From: Paraspadella gotoi
Lineage: Eukaryota; Animalia; Chaetognatha
NCBI GenBank assembly: GCA_051294375.1
Contig: CM119268.1
Span: 16,435,074-16,499,073, forward strand
Direction of reading: 5' to 3'
DNA length: 64,000 bases
Under the pieces are notes generated by a model. It had not been told where the DNA came from and made no database searches. It saw only the letters and a program-made list of their open reading frames with translations. Of the stretch, positions 25,120-38,800 are shown piece by piece. Position 1 is the first letter of the stretch. Each line of letters opens with the position of its first letter. Both the position numbers and the translations under genes were made by a program.

Positions 25120-28100
25120 TCACAAATCTTCTTCTCCAATTCCATGGAAACCTTCGTTCTCATCCGTTCCCTCCATCACCTTCTTCTCCACGCCTCCTCC
25201 TCCTCCTCCTCCTCCTACTCTTCCCGCCGACGATCCCCTATCCCTCATCTCCATGGCAACGGCGTCGCCGGCTTCGTTGTCCTTTGACGGCGCCCTTCCG
25301 TCGCGCGGCGGGTAAGGAAAGGCGGCGTCGTCGGCGGCGGCGAGGTTCGGCGTCGGGCGGCGTCGCGGACGAACGCTGCCCGATTCCTTCATCCCCACCA
25401 ACTCGTCGATCATCGTTTGAAGGCACATGGACATGAAGACGGCTTGGTCGGTGGTCAGGGTAATCCACTGCGGCGAAAAATGGGGTAGAGAATTGGGGCT
25501 TTGTTTATTCACTTTGAATACAAATGGACAGACAGATGATAAAAGAGCCTGTTTGCAGAAGATGTTGATCAACTATGAGGAAAAAAGAACTGTATGGACA
25601 GAAAGACGAAGAAGTCGATAGTTAATAGTTAATGTTGATCTATGAGGAGTGGGGACAAGGAAAGACAACCAAAGAAAATAAAAGAATATAAACCGGTCGC
25701 TATTTATCCTCTGTGCTATCTCGGAAATGTGGACAGTATTATGAAGGAGGGAAAGAAATTCCTGTGAAACTATCACGGTGAATGCCGTGAATCACCTGAA
25801 GCGTGTCTCTCGCCACCAGATATTCTATGCTGAGTTCGCATTTGAGTCCACCGCTGTCGTCCTTTTCCTTCGACGTTTTATCTTTGTCCTTTTCATTCTG
25901 TTGCTCTTCTTTCATCTTTTGTTTGTCAATTTGTTCTTTTGTTCGTCTTTCGTCGTCGTCTTCATCGCTCGTCGTTGTCGTCGTCGAAGGAAATTCATCT
26001 AAAATTTGAGTAACGATTCTCCAACATTTCATGCGTTGAATCTTGAGGACGCCCTCCTTGAAGAAAAAAAAAACCCGACATTGTCAATGTCGGGTTTTGG
26101 AAGGGTAGCAAAAAGTGAGCTGACTTCTCTAAACGAAAATAACAAACTTTGCTACCGCGTTCAGATCTAATTTGTGACTTTCCACAATGGTTTTCCCAAA
26201 GAGTTGGCAGATTTCATCACTAAAATCTTTCCTTTCTTCTGAGAAGAAATTAAAACAAAGTGTTTTCTGAGATCGATCAAAGGTAAAAAAGATTTAATTT
26301 ATCAGTTTTATTTTGAAATGTTTTAAATCCAAGTGTCATCGGTCAGGTTGACCTCGATGTTTTTAGACAAGAACTAAACTTCTCGCTTCGCGCTATAGAT
26401 TAGTTGCATAATTTCGGTAAATGGGAACTTTATTTAGTTAAAAATAAAATTTTAAAACATAAGCTTAATGCGAAATAAATCACTTTATCACCACCGAACA
26501 TTTTGTCAGACGACTAATGATTTTCGAATTAGTTTTCGGTTGAGATGTTTTTAATTTTAGCTTTAAAATTTCAATCACGTTAATCTTGACTTGAATGTAG
26601 TTCTTCTAATTACATTCCTATTTTTAGTTTATAAAATAATTTTACTTTTGGTAGTTGATAGGAAAGAGATAAAGCAAGATATTTCCTGTTACATATATGG
26701 ACATTACGGAGTCCCATTATCAATAATTAACATTTCTAAAATTTTTTTTAATTAACGTAGCGGTAATACCGTTTAAAATCAAATTATATAATTTTCTCTA
26801 GTCAAGTCTTTGTTTCCAGTCTACTGAAGTCTTTTCTTCGAAAAAAAAGGGTTTTTCTTCCGTCCAGCCTCGACTCACTTTAACTCCCCCTTCGGGATTG
26901 GAAATCCTGAAGACGAGTTGCTGCCCTCCGATGCAGACGACGGCCTTGGTCCCGCCGACGGGGTAGTCCATGACGCAGGGACGAAACTGACGAAATCCGT
27001 AAAACTTCAAAGTTCGAGCGAATCGCAGCAAATCGCGTTTGGAGTTTTTCTTGCGCAGAGTCTCCAGATTGCGTTGTTGTTCTTTGGTGGCGAAAATCCA
27101 ACCGCGATCCAACTCGCTGAGGGTCTTTGTTGATAAGAGAGAATTGGGATGTTGTGATTTTTTTTTTTACTATTTTTTTTATAATTTTTTTAAATTATTA
27201 TTTTGATACAACCAATCTAAACAATATCCCTTTTGCCTCTAAATTTGGAGAGGCCATACTGTTTTTTATTTCTTTCGTTTCGTTGCGTGGGTAACATTAA
27301 AGTTTTTTTTTATTTTTATAAAAATAAAAGAAACTTTTTCTTTAATATTTTTTTTTGAAATTACTTTCTTGTTGGTTTTCCTTTCTTTCTGTTTTTCTTG
27401 AAAACTATCGTTTTCATTTCTTTCTTTCTTTCTTTCTTAATTATAATAACGTCAAATAATGTTTAATTATTCGATCCACCAACGGACTGATCCCCTTTCT
27501 CACCTGAACATAAAGCAGATTGAGCGCAATCCTGTTTTCCATCAAGATCTCATCGACGGACGGATCGAAACATCTCCTGGCCAGCAGCACTCGATGCCGC
27601 GACGGCGGCGTCGACGCCAGCAGCGAGAGCGCCGGCGCCTCAAAGTCCTGCATCTCGCGGACGAAGCTCCAGTCGCCCAACGCCTCGTCCGCGACGGCGC
27701 CCTCTCCGCGTCGCACGAGAAAGAGGCCGAAGAAGACGGCGAGGTCGCGCGGGAGACCGAGGTGGTCCACGAGGCGTTCCAGGACGAGTGTGGTCGATGC
27801 CTCCAAGACGTCGTCGAGATGGAGACGGTGGTCGTTGGGGAGGGAGACGTCGAGACGGGAGGAAGAGGAGGCGGAGTCGATGCTGCCATGAGCGCGTTGG
27901 TAATTAGTCGGTCATTCCGTCAATATTTCTGTCTTTTTTGTCTAGTATTTGTCCGTCAGCCATTTGGTTTCTTCTCCTAGTATATACTTTGTTATTGATT
28001 AAATTTTAATACCACGCCAAACATAACAATCATTAACAAAACTAATTAATTACTCTATAACAATTATTATTACAGAGATTATTACTAATATTATTATTAT

Positions 28101-28891
28101 TATTTTTATTATTTTATTATTTTATTATTTTTATTACTATTTTTACAATTATTATTACTACTGACGGTTGCTCCGTGAATTCTTTCAAGTAAGGCTTTTC
28201 TGAGAAATACCTCGCCTCACCTTCCATCTCGCCTCCCGCCGGCCGACTCCCCTGCTTCCGCCGCCTTCGCCGCTTCCCGCCACAAACGGTGAGTCTCACG
28301 CTGAGCCGACAACAAGAATCTCCGAAAGACGACGTCGTTGGCCACTCGAGGGAGCTGCGACGCGTCCTGGAGCCATCGCTCCAGCAAGAGACGCCTCTGG
28401 TCCAGTTCGAACGGGGTCAGGGAAAAGACCTTCTTGGTGGGGAAAGGCGGGAGAGGCGCGTCGGCGGCGTCGACGGGAGACTTGAGGAGTTGTTCGTGGA
28501 GTCGAAGGAGTTGGCTGAAGTTAATGACATGGGGGGATCGTTGGATCGAGCGCAGTAGAGGCCGAACAGCGGTGCATGCTTCGAACGGTGCTCTCAGAGT
28601 TATGCATCATATGAAAGGTATATCAGGGATAAATAATTCAGCAATTTGATTAATTAGCCTTTCATCTTCATTTAGTAACTCGAAACGCCTTGAAAAGTGA
28701 ATCGGTATGTATCTTTACCATTATATTAATTCGCCCCACTATTCATACAAACGTTCACACTCGCCGATATCCTCTTCACACCTGTATCGTAAGGCGCAGT
28801 GAAAGGCGGCGTTGACGTGTACATTGAAGAGAGTGACGACGGCGCCGGCGGGGTCCACCCATTCCGCCGTGTCGGGGATGGCGAAGTGCAT
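25120..28891 (-). CDS. SNX17: Sorting nexin-17 (PX + FERM-like), six exons
   Basis: Begins MHFAIPDTAEW...FNVHVNAAFHCALRY; FPTKKVFSLTPFELDQRRLLLERWLQ; LMENRIALNLLYVQ; DRGWIFATKEQ; RMKCWRI; QWITLTTDQAVFMSMCLQTMIDELV; ends FHGIGEEDL, all typical of SNX17. Confidence 0.93.
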
Positions 28892-29323
28892 CGTCCGCGA
28901 GGTCAGAGGGCGAGCAGCTGAAGATCGAACCTAAATTGTTGACTGTTGAGTGTTGAGGAAAATATGGGCGGTAAAATTAGAGAAGTTACTTATGAAAATA
29001 AATATAATTCCTCTTTTTATGGTTAGTTATGATCCAAACAAATAAGGTTTTTAAATTTAAATTTATTATCAAAGTTAATAATAAAAATTCGATTATCTTG
29101 TGATTTTTTTTTATAATTCAGCCAAAAAGTTATCATGAGAATAACAAAAAAATAATTAAACAGATTTCCCAGAGGCGATGCTCGATTTCTCAATGTCAAT
29201 AATTTTTTTCAAGAAATGTTTTTTTTTAATTCTAAAACAAAAATATAAAAACAGAAATCGAAATATCAAAAGTCGAGGAAAATAACCACACAGCGAGATC
29301 GGGATTTGAGTCGAACTCGGTCA

Positions 29324-29448
29324 TTAATTTAAACGTAGATTAAAATCGACGATTAATTACGAATATCACTTCAAAATTAATTTAAACGTAGATTAATTTA
29401 AACATTAATTAAAATCGACGATTAATTACGAATATCACTTCAAAATTA
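29324..29448. repeat. Short tandem duplication (about 55-70 bp unit, two copies)
   Basis: attaaaatcgacgattaattacgaatatcacttcaaaatta occurs twice. Confidence 0.8.
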
Positions 29449-29802
29449 GTTACTTGTATTTATTGTTGAAAATGTCGACGAGGCTTTAAAGATGAAAAAA
29501 AACAAACTTTAAACCTCCCCAAAAAAATTAATGGAGAATCCTCACTGGAAATAATGATGAAAAATGATTCATTAACGGAAGACATGAACCTAAATTACGT
29601 CATAACTCGAAAGAGTTCGGATTCTTAAAGGCACAAAAAGTTCTAATATATTCGTGCTGGTTAAGCGACCAGTGAGCTTGGTTTAGCAGTAACTACAAAA
29701 TAAATAATATTTGGAAAAAGTTGGAATCGGTTAATTTATCGAAGAGATAAGGGAGTCCAAAAAAAGAGGGCGGATTAGAAACATAATTGGACTACCTTGA
29801 TA

Positions 29803-29823
29803 GCGAGAGAGAGAGGAGAGAGA

Positions 29824-29897
<74 letters not shown>

Positions 29898-29900
29898 AGA
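29803..29900. repeat. (AG)n microsatellite (others at about 6580, 10165, 15791, 19398, 51242, 55655, 57410, 59825)
   Basis: Directly visible dinucleotide runs. Confidence 0.95.
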
Positions 29901-31961
29901 AAAGAAAAGATATAATATGTACTTTAACAAAAGCCAAGAAAAAAAATACATATTTTTGTTATGACAGTCGGAACTTCCCCCCCCGCCACAAGAAAAATGG
30001 GAGGATTTTTTTTTAGAAGTCGGCGATCGATTGTTGTCAAGCGGGCTGTACTTTAATTCGAAGATGACACGTCGGTCAGCGGGTCTGGAGGGAGGTCAAC
30101 TTTTTAATTATTTCCATTTCAACAGATATTTTCTTCTCGAGAAAACACGAACGTCTTTGTCGTCGTCAGTTTCGTCGTCATCTTCGCTTTTATCGTCGTC
30201 GTCGTTGATGATATTTGAAATGGGGAAAAATCCCTTTTCTCTTCCAAACAACACGAAGTAACGGGAAGAGAAAAAGAAAGAAATCAAAGATTAGAAAAGA
30301 AAGAATAAACAAAAAAAAAATGTCAGTGAGTTTCGTTCTTTGGTGTCGAGTTTTTTTTTTTCTTTTTTTTTCTTTTTTTCCCAGATTCGTTTTGTGGCTC
30401 TCGACTGTTCCATCTCAGAAACTAGGATATTTTTAAATTTTTTTTTATTTTTCACAGTTTACGCCGGCGAGTTGGGTGAAGTACACCTTGTGTGTCAGTT
30501 GCGTAGATTTGGAGCTTTTTTTTATTTCTAGGAAATTATGTAAAACTTTTTTTTTCATTAATCAGATATTAGCGGTATTTGAACCAGAGAAATCTTTAAA
30601 AAGGTCACTTTTTGTAACAAGCTCGTTCCTTATAAAAAAAAGAAATGGTTTTCGCTCCCCAATCCGCGTTAAAAGACTTAGAAATTAAATAAAGAAACTA
30701 AATTGCTAACTCTTTTAATTAAAAACGGAAGAAAAGGGATTTGAAAAGAAAATTAAAGAAAAAAAAAATAAATTCACAGAAATAAAAATTGAACTAAAAA
30801 AAGGAAAAAGAAATTTTTTAAAAAAATGGATATTTAGATTTTAATCGAATTTCCTCAACCGTGAGATCGAGATTGAGATTTCGTGACCGTGAGATTGTGT
30901 TCCCCTTTTTGTTGACAAGATCTTTATTTTCTGTCGAGATATTTCTACTTCTTTTTACGAATTCGTTCATTTAAAGGTTTTGAGAAATTGGAATACGGCC
31001 TATGATGACGTCATTTCTCAGGCTTTCGCTAAAACGAAACCTTTTTTTTTTCGTGAATACAAGCTCGGTGAAATACCAAGCTTGATAAAACTAACGTTGC
31101 ACTTAGACTTAGTTGAAGAATAACTCCGTAAGTTTTTCTTATCTATAACCCCTATATGTATATATTTCAAATTAATTGACTTCAAGCCATCAATAAGCAA
31201 AATTACATTTTACCTAGGAAAAAAAATCAAATGTAAAACTATCGGGGTACATGATTCATTTATTGGCAATAATAACGTTATTCAGAGATAGAGACACTTT
31301 GATGGTTCAAAAACGCGTAAGAGAGTGAATCCAAGGTATCTACTAAGTGAGTGAACATCTGTGTGTGAGTGTGTGAGCAAACGAAAACCTTAAGGGCAAA
31401 GGACTTTTTCTGTCTAAGTCGAACAGGCTTTGGGATTAGCATCCTTTATTCGTTTCAGAAACCAAATTTAAAATCATACCGAATTAGAATAACATACATA
31501 CAAGTCAAGTAAAAAGCGTCAAATTTCACGTAACGCAAACTCACAATGCACAAACTCCGTTTCCATATTATCGTAACAGCGCCAATTCCACATATATATT
31601 ATATGGCAACATTGAGGCATCAAATAACGTTTGGTATGAGCAAAAAATATTTTTCACAAACTATTCAATTCCCCCTTATCCAACCACGGTCAGTCGGTCA
31701 CGAATGAATAAATTTACAAATCACATTTGAAATTTATGAAAAACAATATCAAAAATTAGTTTTCATTTCATTGTAAATGAGATTTATTTTAAATTCATAT
31801 TCGCGAACTAAGTTAAAAGACTCGATTCATATTCGAGATTTCAACGAGGGACGATGAAGAGCGCACGACGTCGACGCGGCCGTGATTCCTTATCGCAGAC
31901 TCTGACCCCAAAAACGACGTGACCCGACCCGAGGTGACCTTCACTCTTCACTCTCTCACTC

Positions 31962-34228
31962 TCAGTCGGTGATGTCGACGATGAGCGGAGTGATGAAGTC
32001 AGAGTGACGAATGCCGACAGGGAAGGCCGGCGCCTTAGGCTTGTTTATGTATACTCGTTCCGGTTGATAAGCGCTGTAGGAAAATGGAGGATTGGATTTT
32101 TGAATTGTTTAACGTATTGTTTGCCTGAGTCGATTGATTAATTATCTCGTTTTTTCGTAATTAAATTTGATTTTATTGATTGATTGATTGATTTATTTTT
32201 TGAGAGGTTGATTTATTGATTCATTGCTTGAATGATTAAATGATTCATTGATTTATTGATTCAAAGATTTATTGATTGCTTGAGTTGATTGATAAATTAT
32301 CTCGTTTTTTTCTTGATTAAATTTGATTTGATTTATTGATTGATTGATTTTTTGAAAGATTAATTTGTTGATTCATTGTTTGAATGGTTGAATGATTCAT
32401 TAATTCATCGATTGGATGAATTATCGATTGATTGATTGATTTATTTATTTCTTAATCAGCGCCATCTTTTTTTCCCCTCCCACCCTCTCCTTAATTCTTA
32501 ATTCCCTCTTCAATGTCTTCATCTTCCTTCTCACCCTGGTCCCGGCTTGATTGTCGTATCCCCAGGCAGCGTGGTCCGTCGCCCGAAAGAGTACTTGGGC
32601 TTGCGGGTCCTGATCACGTCCGGGTTGACGGGAGTGTAATGGCCGGGACCCGGGGACTTGGACAGGTCCTCGGAGAAACCGCCAATGGGCGGGCGGACGG
32701 CGAAGGAGTGGGCGGCGGCGGCGGGTTTGTTGGGGATGCGCGGGCCGAGCAGGGACGGCATCTCGTAGCTGCTCGGCGCCGGGACCGTATCCTTTTTTCT
32801 GCGAGGATAAGGAGAATAAAAAAAAAGCGTCAAAAAAGTAGCACGAAATTATAATTAAATTTCTTTGTTTAATTACAACGAAATGATTACAGATTAAGTT
32901 AGTAACGCTTGTTCATACTCGATTAGTCTTAGCCTTATAGTGGACTAAAATCCACCAACCGTTCATCAGCGGCCATTGGTGCCGGAGGCAAGTCATTCGC
33001 CTCCCAACCCAAAGGTCCGGGGTTCTAGCCCGATGGCCGCCTAGCAGTTAAGAGGGACGGGGCGCTTAACCCGCCTGTAACTCGGTGTTACAGCCTGATC
33101 CGAAGCTCAGGGACTGCTTATATTGAACATTTCTGTCACTAACACATAACAATTATCTCTGTCTCTTCAGCCTATGGATTCAAAACCTTCACTGAAGCCT
33201 TTACTCCAGTATTCGCGCTCACTCTCGCGAGCTTCTTGTCAAATTATCCAGCTTGACTGATTGAGTGGTTTCTGTCCAAATCTAGGCTCTCAAGGCCAAT
33301 TTTCTCTACGCCACGCCCAAGAATTTTCCGAATTTCCTTTCTCCTCGTTACCCACCCATCTGGTTTTCTAGGTCAATCTTTCTACGCCACTCACCTGAAT
33401 CTTGTTCTCTGCGCCATCGAATAGTTTGGCGCGTGCGGCTCGTTGGGCGGATGCACCTGCTCGTGCGCGTATTGAGACGGCGCTGGCGTCTTGAAGGTGG
33501 AGAGTTCTCCGTGACGCTGTTTCATAGTGAATCGATCGAACCCTTCCTTGCCTGTCGAGTTAAGGAGAAGTGATAAAATGAGCTGATGAAGAAAAAGTCG
33601 GCTAGAATTATATAAAATTAGCTAATGAAGAAAAACTTGGAGATAAAATTAGCCAATAAAAAAACTTGCTCATAGGATTAGCTAATAAAGAAAAACTCAG
33701 TCATAAAATTAGTACTATTGAGGAAAAAAAAAACTTGAGGTTAGACTCATTTTCATAATGAAATTCATTGCGTTTCTACCGATTCCCTCATTTTAACGTC
33801 GATACCATTTAAGAGACCGACCTCTTCTCGTGATGCTCGGCGGGATGAAGTACTTGGGACCCGGGCTGGTCTCCTTCCTGAACTCTGACCTCGCGGGCAG
33901 ACCGAACGAATACGCGGGCGACATGTGCTTGCTGGGGTCGTGTCCGATAAACCCGGCCGTGGGGGGCAAGGAGTATCTGACGCGGAACGAAATTAAAGTG
34001 AGACCAACGAGCTCGTTTTTTCTTTGCCTCTTTTGAGAATTGTTTTTATTTTTTTTTTATTTCATTGTCATTTATTATTTTATTTCACGATAACGACTTA
34101 TACCTCAGCTCAATCTCTCTCATCTCTACACTCATCTCTAATAATCTTTTAACTTACTTCGCCGGTCCAGGCCCCCGTTCCCTGGCGGCGATCATCGGCC
34201 TTTTCGGTGATTCGTCTTCGTCCCCCAT
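31962..34228 (-). CDS. ODF3: Outer dense fiber protein 3 / CIMAP1 (SHIPPO PGP-repeat ciliary protein), five exons
   Basis: MGDEDESPKRPMIAARERGPGPAK|YSLPPTAGFIGHDPSKHMSPAYSFG...SPGPKY...TPAPSQY...DLSKSPGPGHY...PGDTTIKPGPG|AYQPE...GIRHSDFITPLIVDITD*. Confidence 0.92.
32120..32450. repeat. Degenerate (ATTG)n tract with an internal ~155-bp duplication in the last ODF3 intron
   Basis: Repeated attg/gatt units; aattatctcgtttttt...attaaatttgattt occurs twice. Confidence 0.75.
32936..33169 (+). mobile_element. Solo LTR of TRIM family A in an ODF3 intron
   Basis: 234 bp highly similar to 5415-5648; TSD GCCT (32932-32935 and 33170-33173); starts TATAGTGG, ends TCTCTTCA. Confidence 0.93.
32969..33041 (+). 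other. tRNA-derived 73-nt segment inside the LTR (not a functional tRNA)
   Basis: Perfect 7-bp acceptor-like stem GCGGCCA/TGGCCGC, A-box-like TGGTGCCGGAGG, CT-CCC-AA loop, T-arm-like CGGG-GTTCTAG-CCCG; the anticodon stem is broken. Confidence 0.7.
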
Positions 34229-35024
34229 TATTTTTGTTCAGTTCTTAATTTAGTTTTTTTTAAAACAAAAAGTCGAATCGCAAATGAAACTCGTTCGATA
34301 TTCGCGTCTCAAACAGATTCCCAGGAAATGTCTCCTGAAAACCGTCGTCATGGAGATTAGCTTTCCGGCGGCGCGAGGGGCGCGGCCATCCATGGTGCGA
34401 GGGCAACACGCAAACGGCTTCATGGGGTAGAGAATTAGGCACGAAAGGATGAGAGGCACGCAAAGAATCAAATAGAGTCTGAAAATAATGGAAGGAACTC
34501 AATTTCAAGTTCAGGAGCAAGATGGCAAGCAAGTGGTTTCGAAGAATAACGATTGCACGCAAACAATGCGTCTATAAAGTTTAAATTTGTTTTATTCAAT
34601 CTACGTAACGGCAAACGCTATAGTAGCGATGTTACAGAATCGCCCCGAACGCTAAATTTGAAAGGGTCGGGATGTTTAAGAATCTGAAGATATTATTTTC
34701 TATAAAGTTTCTACGAACAATTTTTGAGAGAAATTGAAAAAACTACATCTATATAGCATTTTTATTTTAAATAAAAAACTCTTATTATAATTTGAAATTA
34801 ATTCTTCAAAACACGGTCATAAATGTTGTTGTTAATGTTTAGAAATACAAAAACTATCTTCATTACATTTAATGCAAAATGGTCAAAAAGACAAAATGTC
34901 TTTTTTTTTATGTTTAAAGTTGAGCAGAACTCTTCATGATCTTGAGAGGATATCGCATGTAAGCGTAAACCATGCTTTCTTCTGTCAATGAAATAATTTC
35001 AAAATAAAACTTATTGAAATATTC

Positions 35025-35689
35025 TTCATAACTCCTTCGAAAAGCATTTTAGAAACAATTGCCTCCAATATTTTAACCTTCGAAGGAAAGGAACATGGCG
35101 CTCTTTCTGCCCCTGACCCTGACGATCTTCAAGTCCGTTGCAGGATTGATGTCTCGGACGAAGCTCTCCGTCAAATCAACCAACTGAAGCCAAGAATGCG
35201 GAGTACATGAGGTTAAGCCCCGCCTCTCACAATCCAAGACAATACTGAAGGTCAGCTAGGGAGCCAAACCTCCGAAAGTGGTCCGATGGGAACTACGCCC
35301 GCGTTTCGGTCCAAATCCTTTGCGATTGTCGAGTAGGCGGGACGAACGCGACCCTCGTATACGATTGTTCTAAAATTAATTTTAGAATTAATTAATTAAT
35401 GACGAGTCACGACTATTATTATAATCCAGTAGAGAACCTAATGACTTGAGGCCTCTCTTGGATCCGAAGTAAGTTTCCCTCCACCTGTAAATCGGGGAAA
35501 AAAGTATGGGGGTGTGACAATCGAAATTAAAAACCATGATAACATTCTTATTATTTGGACTCTTAATTATTTTTTTTTATTTACACTTTTCATTATTTAC
35601 TTTAATCGGGCATAAAAATCGTCATTTGATAATAATGAATAACTCACTAGCTTTTTCTCTTCGGCCGCCGTCATCGAAAAAGCCGACAT
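35025..35689 (-). CDS. Small multi-exon gene of unknown function
   Basis: Phase-compatible exons MSAFSMTAAEEKKL|VEGNLLRIQERPQVIR|TIVYEGRVRPAYSTIAKDLDRNAGVVPIGPLSE|LVDLTESFVRDINPATDLKIVRGQGQKERHVPFLRR with GT/AG boundaries; 3' end uncertain. Confidence 0.5.
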
Positions 35690-35893
35690 GATTCTGGTTT
35701 TTTTTTGGGCGTTTGTGTGTTTTTTGTTTTCGTTGAAATTAACTTTAGTGTCGTACTTAAAGTAAAACAGTTCAGTAAACATTTGATTTTAAGAGATGTT
35801 TGCGCAAAACTATTTCAATTTTTTCTGATTTTATTATTTTCTTTTAACTTACTAACACTAAACCAAAATAAAATAATTCGATCAAACATTTAT

Positions 35894-38800
35894 TTATAAT
35901 TGCGAATCTTGACATCGTGTTTGCAACAGAAGGACCCATTTTGGATGAAAAGGCTTCTCAACGACATTGCCTCCAATCACTGCAACCGTATCTCTTCCGC
36001 CCACTGATACAACCGACGCTTCGTGATTGCTACGACCACCTCCTAGAGGGACGTGGGGAGAGGTTAAGTATCGACTTTTAAAGCGTTTAAAATAACAAAA
36101 AAGCGTAACGACCTCTCGAGGGAAAGAATAATAATTAACTCGTTCGGCGACGATTAAAACAAACGATCAATTAGCCGAGTTAATGACCCGTAAAAGGAGA
36201 AATTAACCGCAGTTCATCAAACAGCCATTACGTTTATTTTTACGGCCCTCTTGTTGGGGACCTCCTCTCGTTTTGATAAAAAGATTTGTGTCAAAAGTTA
36301 CTCGCTCGGCTGTCAATTTAAAACCACTGAAAAATCATGAAACGTTCAAACCTGGTCATTGAGTTTATATTGTACGGTTTGTACCATATTTTTGTATTTC
36401 TTAATAGAATTATTCCTTTAACGCCCTGACGAATATACATAGATACCCAAATTATCGGGGATGTTCTTTTGTCTTCTCCAGTGATGACGTCGAATATCAT
36501 AAGTCCAGACGTCGGCCAGAAGATGGAAGGAGGAGTCTGATCCGCCAACGAGGATGAGAAGGGGGCTTGTCGAAGAGGAGGAGGAGGAGAAAGGTTGAAA
36601 GGCCGAGAGGGTGTGTCCTCTGCGAGGAGACGGTCTGATTTGAAGAAAAAGGCACTATTTAATTTATTCGTATATTGAATTTCTTCAAACAATGTTTAAA
36701 ATTTAAAGTTACTCTTTGCAATTGCACTGTTTCACGTTACATTTCTTTTGGTAAATAACAGCTTTATTTGTAGGTTGTTTTAGTCTACCCGCCAGGGACC
36801 CACCCTTCTTCCACCAAGATGCGCTCCCACTTCCGCTCGAGCAGATCGAATCTCCAGAGTTCATCGAGGAGGCGTCGACCGTCGAATCCCCCGTGGATGA
36901 AGAGCTGGCGCCCGTGGGCGGCGTGGGCAAAGTCGCTGCGGGGCGAAGGAATAGGACCCTGGAGGATGTGGTTAGATGAGAACGAAATGTGAAAAACTAC
37001 GTGTGGATAAAAGCCTTAAAACCTTTTATCGACAACTAATAACTCGTTTACTCGTCTTCTGGTCATGAGGCCTCTTTATGCGACGAAAATAAATTAAGAT
37101 CAAACCATCGTTTATTTCTTATTTCATCGTCTGCTAGGTTATAATTCCAATTTTTTCCGTTTTTGTAACGTCTTGATTACTCGTCTGTATTTGTACAAAT
37201 TTACGATCTTACTATCTCCATAACCCACCTGAACGACGACGTCTCGCCACTCATTCGTTCTCAAGGAATACGAAATCATCTGATTGGTGAACGAGCCTCG
37301 CCACTCTCCACCAATCAGCGAATCGTTGGGTTTTGCTTCAGAACGCCAACCGCCGAAAACGACGAACCCTTCACCGGTGACGTTGGCCGCGCACGCCATC
37401 TGTTGGCGTCCAGCCGGTTTTAAGCTCTTGGGAGAAACTGGGTGGAAAGGATGATTGAGAAAAGTGAGCAAAGGGAAAATAAACCTTTTTTTTAAATCCG
37501 GCCTTACACAGTACACACCCGTTGTCCATTTGGCCCGCCGAGGATCGTAAATTTTGAGGTCGTCGTTGTACTTAAAGAGATAGCGACTTTGCCCGCCGAA
37601 AAGGAAGACGCGCTCGCCGACGCGGGCCGCGCATGCGTCGTGCAATTCCCAGGGACAATCTCCGGAGGTTTGAACGCGGAACCACGCCATCTGGGCGGTG
37701 GAAGGAAAAAGACGATAACAAAAAAGTCAGAAAAGGATGTACACAATAATCATAGACGACAGGTAGGAAGTCTGAAAGTTACGACACCGAAGGAGATAAT
37801 CATCAAATAAAACAATTGTAATGTGAATTATGATTATGTTTATGATATAAAAACTTTATATTGATTGTCCCTATTTTTAAACGAAGAAGATGTAAAACAA
37901 CTTTTGCTGACAGGGGCTTTGGTAAACAATATTACCCAATTATCCTAACCCTAAACCCTCTAAACCCCCTTAACCCCAATTTCCCCTAACTTTAAACCAC
38001 CCTTAACCCAAATCTCCCCAAGCCCAGTCGGCGAAAATAAAATTATGCCATTTTTTTTTTTTTACACGCAATCGCGGCGACGAAGACGGCGGCGTCGCGA
38101 CGGATCGAGAATATCGCGAGCGGAAGTAGCGCGCCCACCAAATTAACGCTGGATCAGCGGGGGCGGGACGAGATCTGAAGCGAGATAATTTGAGGGATAA
38201 TCATGGCTTTATGGTGGGCCGTGCGATGCTCTTTTGTTATCGATTAGCTCTTCTGCTTTGTTCCCAGTACTTTCAGTAGCTTTTAAACATATTTTATGGA
38301 ACGTCAGTGAACAACGCAAGAATGATCTTACTTAGTTTGCACTTGATCTAAAAAAAATTTTGGGGTCACGCTCCGCAAACCACCTGGTCGGCCGTGTTTC
38401 CAACTCGTACACCTGACCCAACCATGCGACGTCCGACGGCGCGTAGTTCGTCGTTTTGGTCCTGACGTCCCATTGACGACCGGAGGCGACGAAGACACGA
38501 TTGTCCAACGTGGCGGTCACGTGACTGATGCCCACTGGCCAGGTACGGGAGTGACGGTGGCGTCCAGGAGGCACGGGCGGACTGTGGGAGGAGTGGACCA
38601 CGACGTCGCAGGCTAATTGGGGGGGGAGATTAGGGGGGAGTACTTGGAAATTGTAGAGTATGTAGCATATAACTACATAGTTTTAACAACTTATTTGTTA
38701 CACTTATTGTCTAACGGATCTCCACACTAGCTCTTAACCCCAGCTGCACCAATCCCCAACCAAAACTCGGTTCAAATTACATTAAAAAAAAATTTATGAA

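Noticed and set aside
32969-33041. Possible genuine tRNA-Gly(CCC) gene
   Set aside because: Anticodon stem has two C-C mismatches, D-arm and T-loop are non-canonical, no T-run terminator follows, and it lies within an LTR bounded by a TSD.
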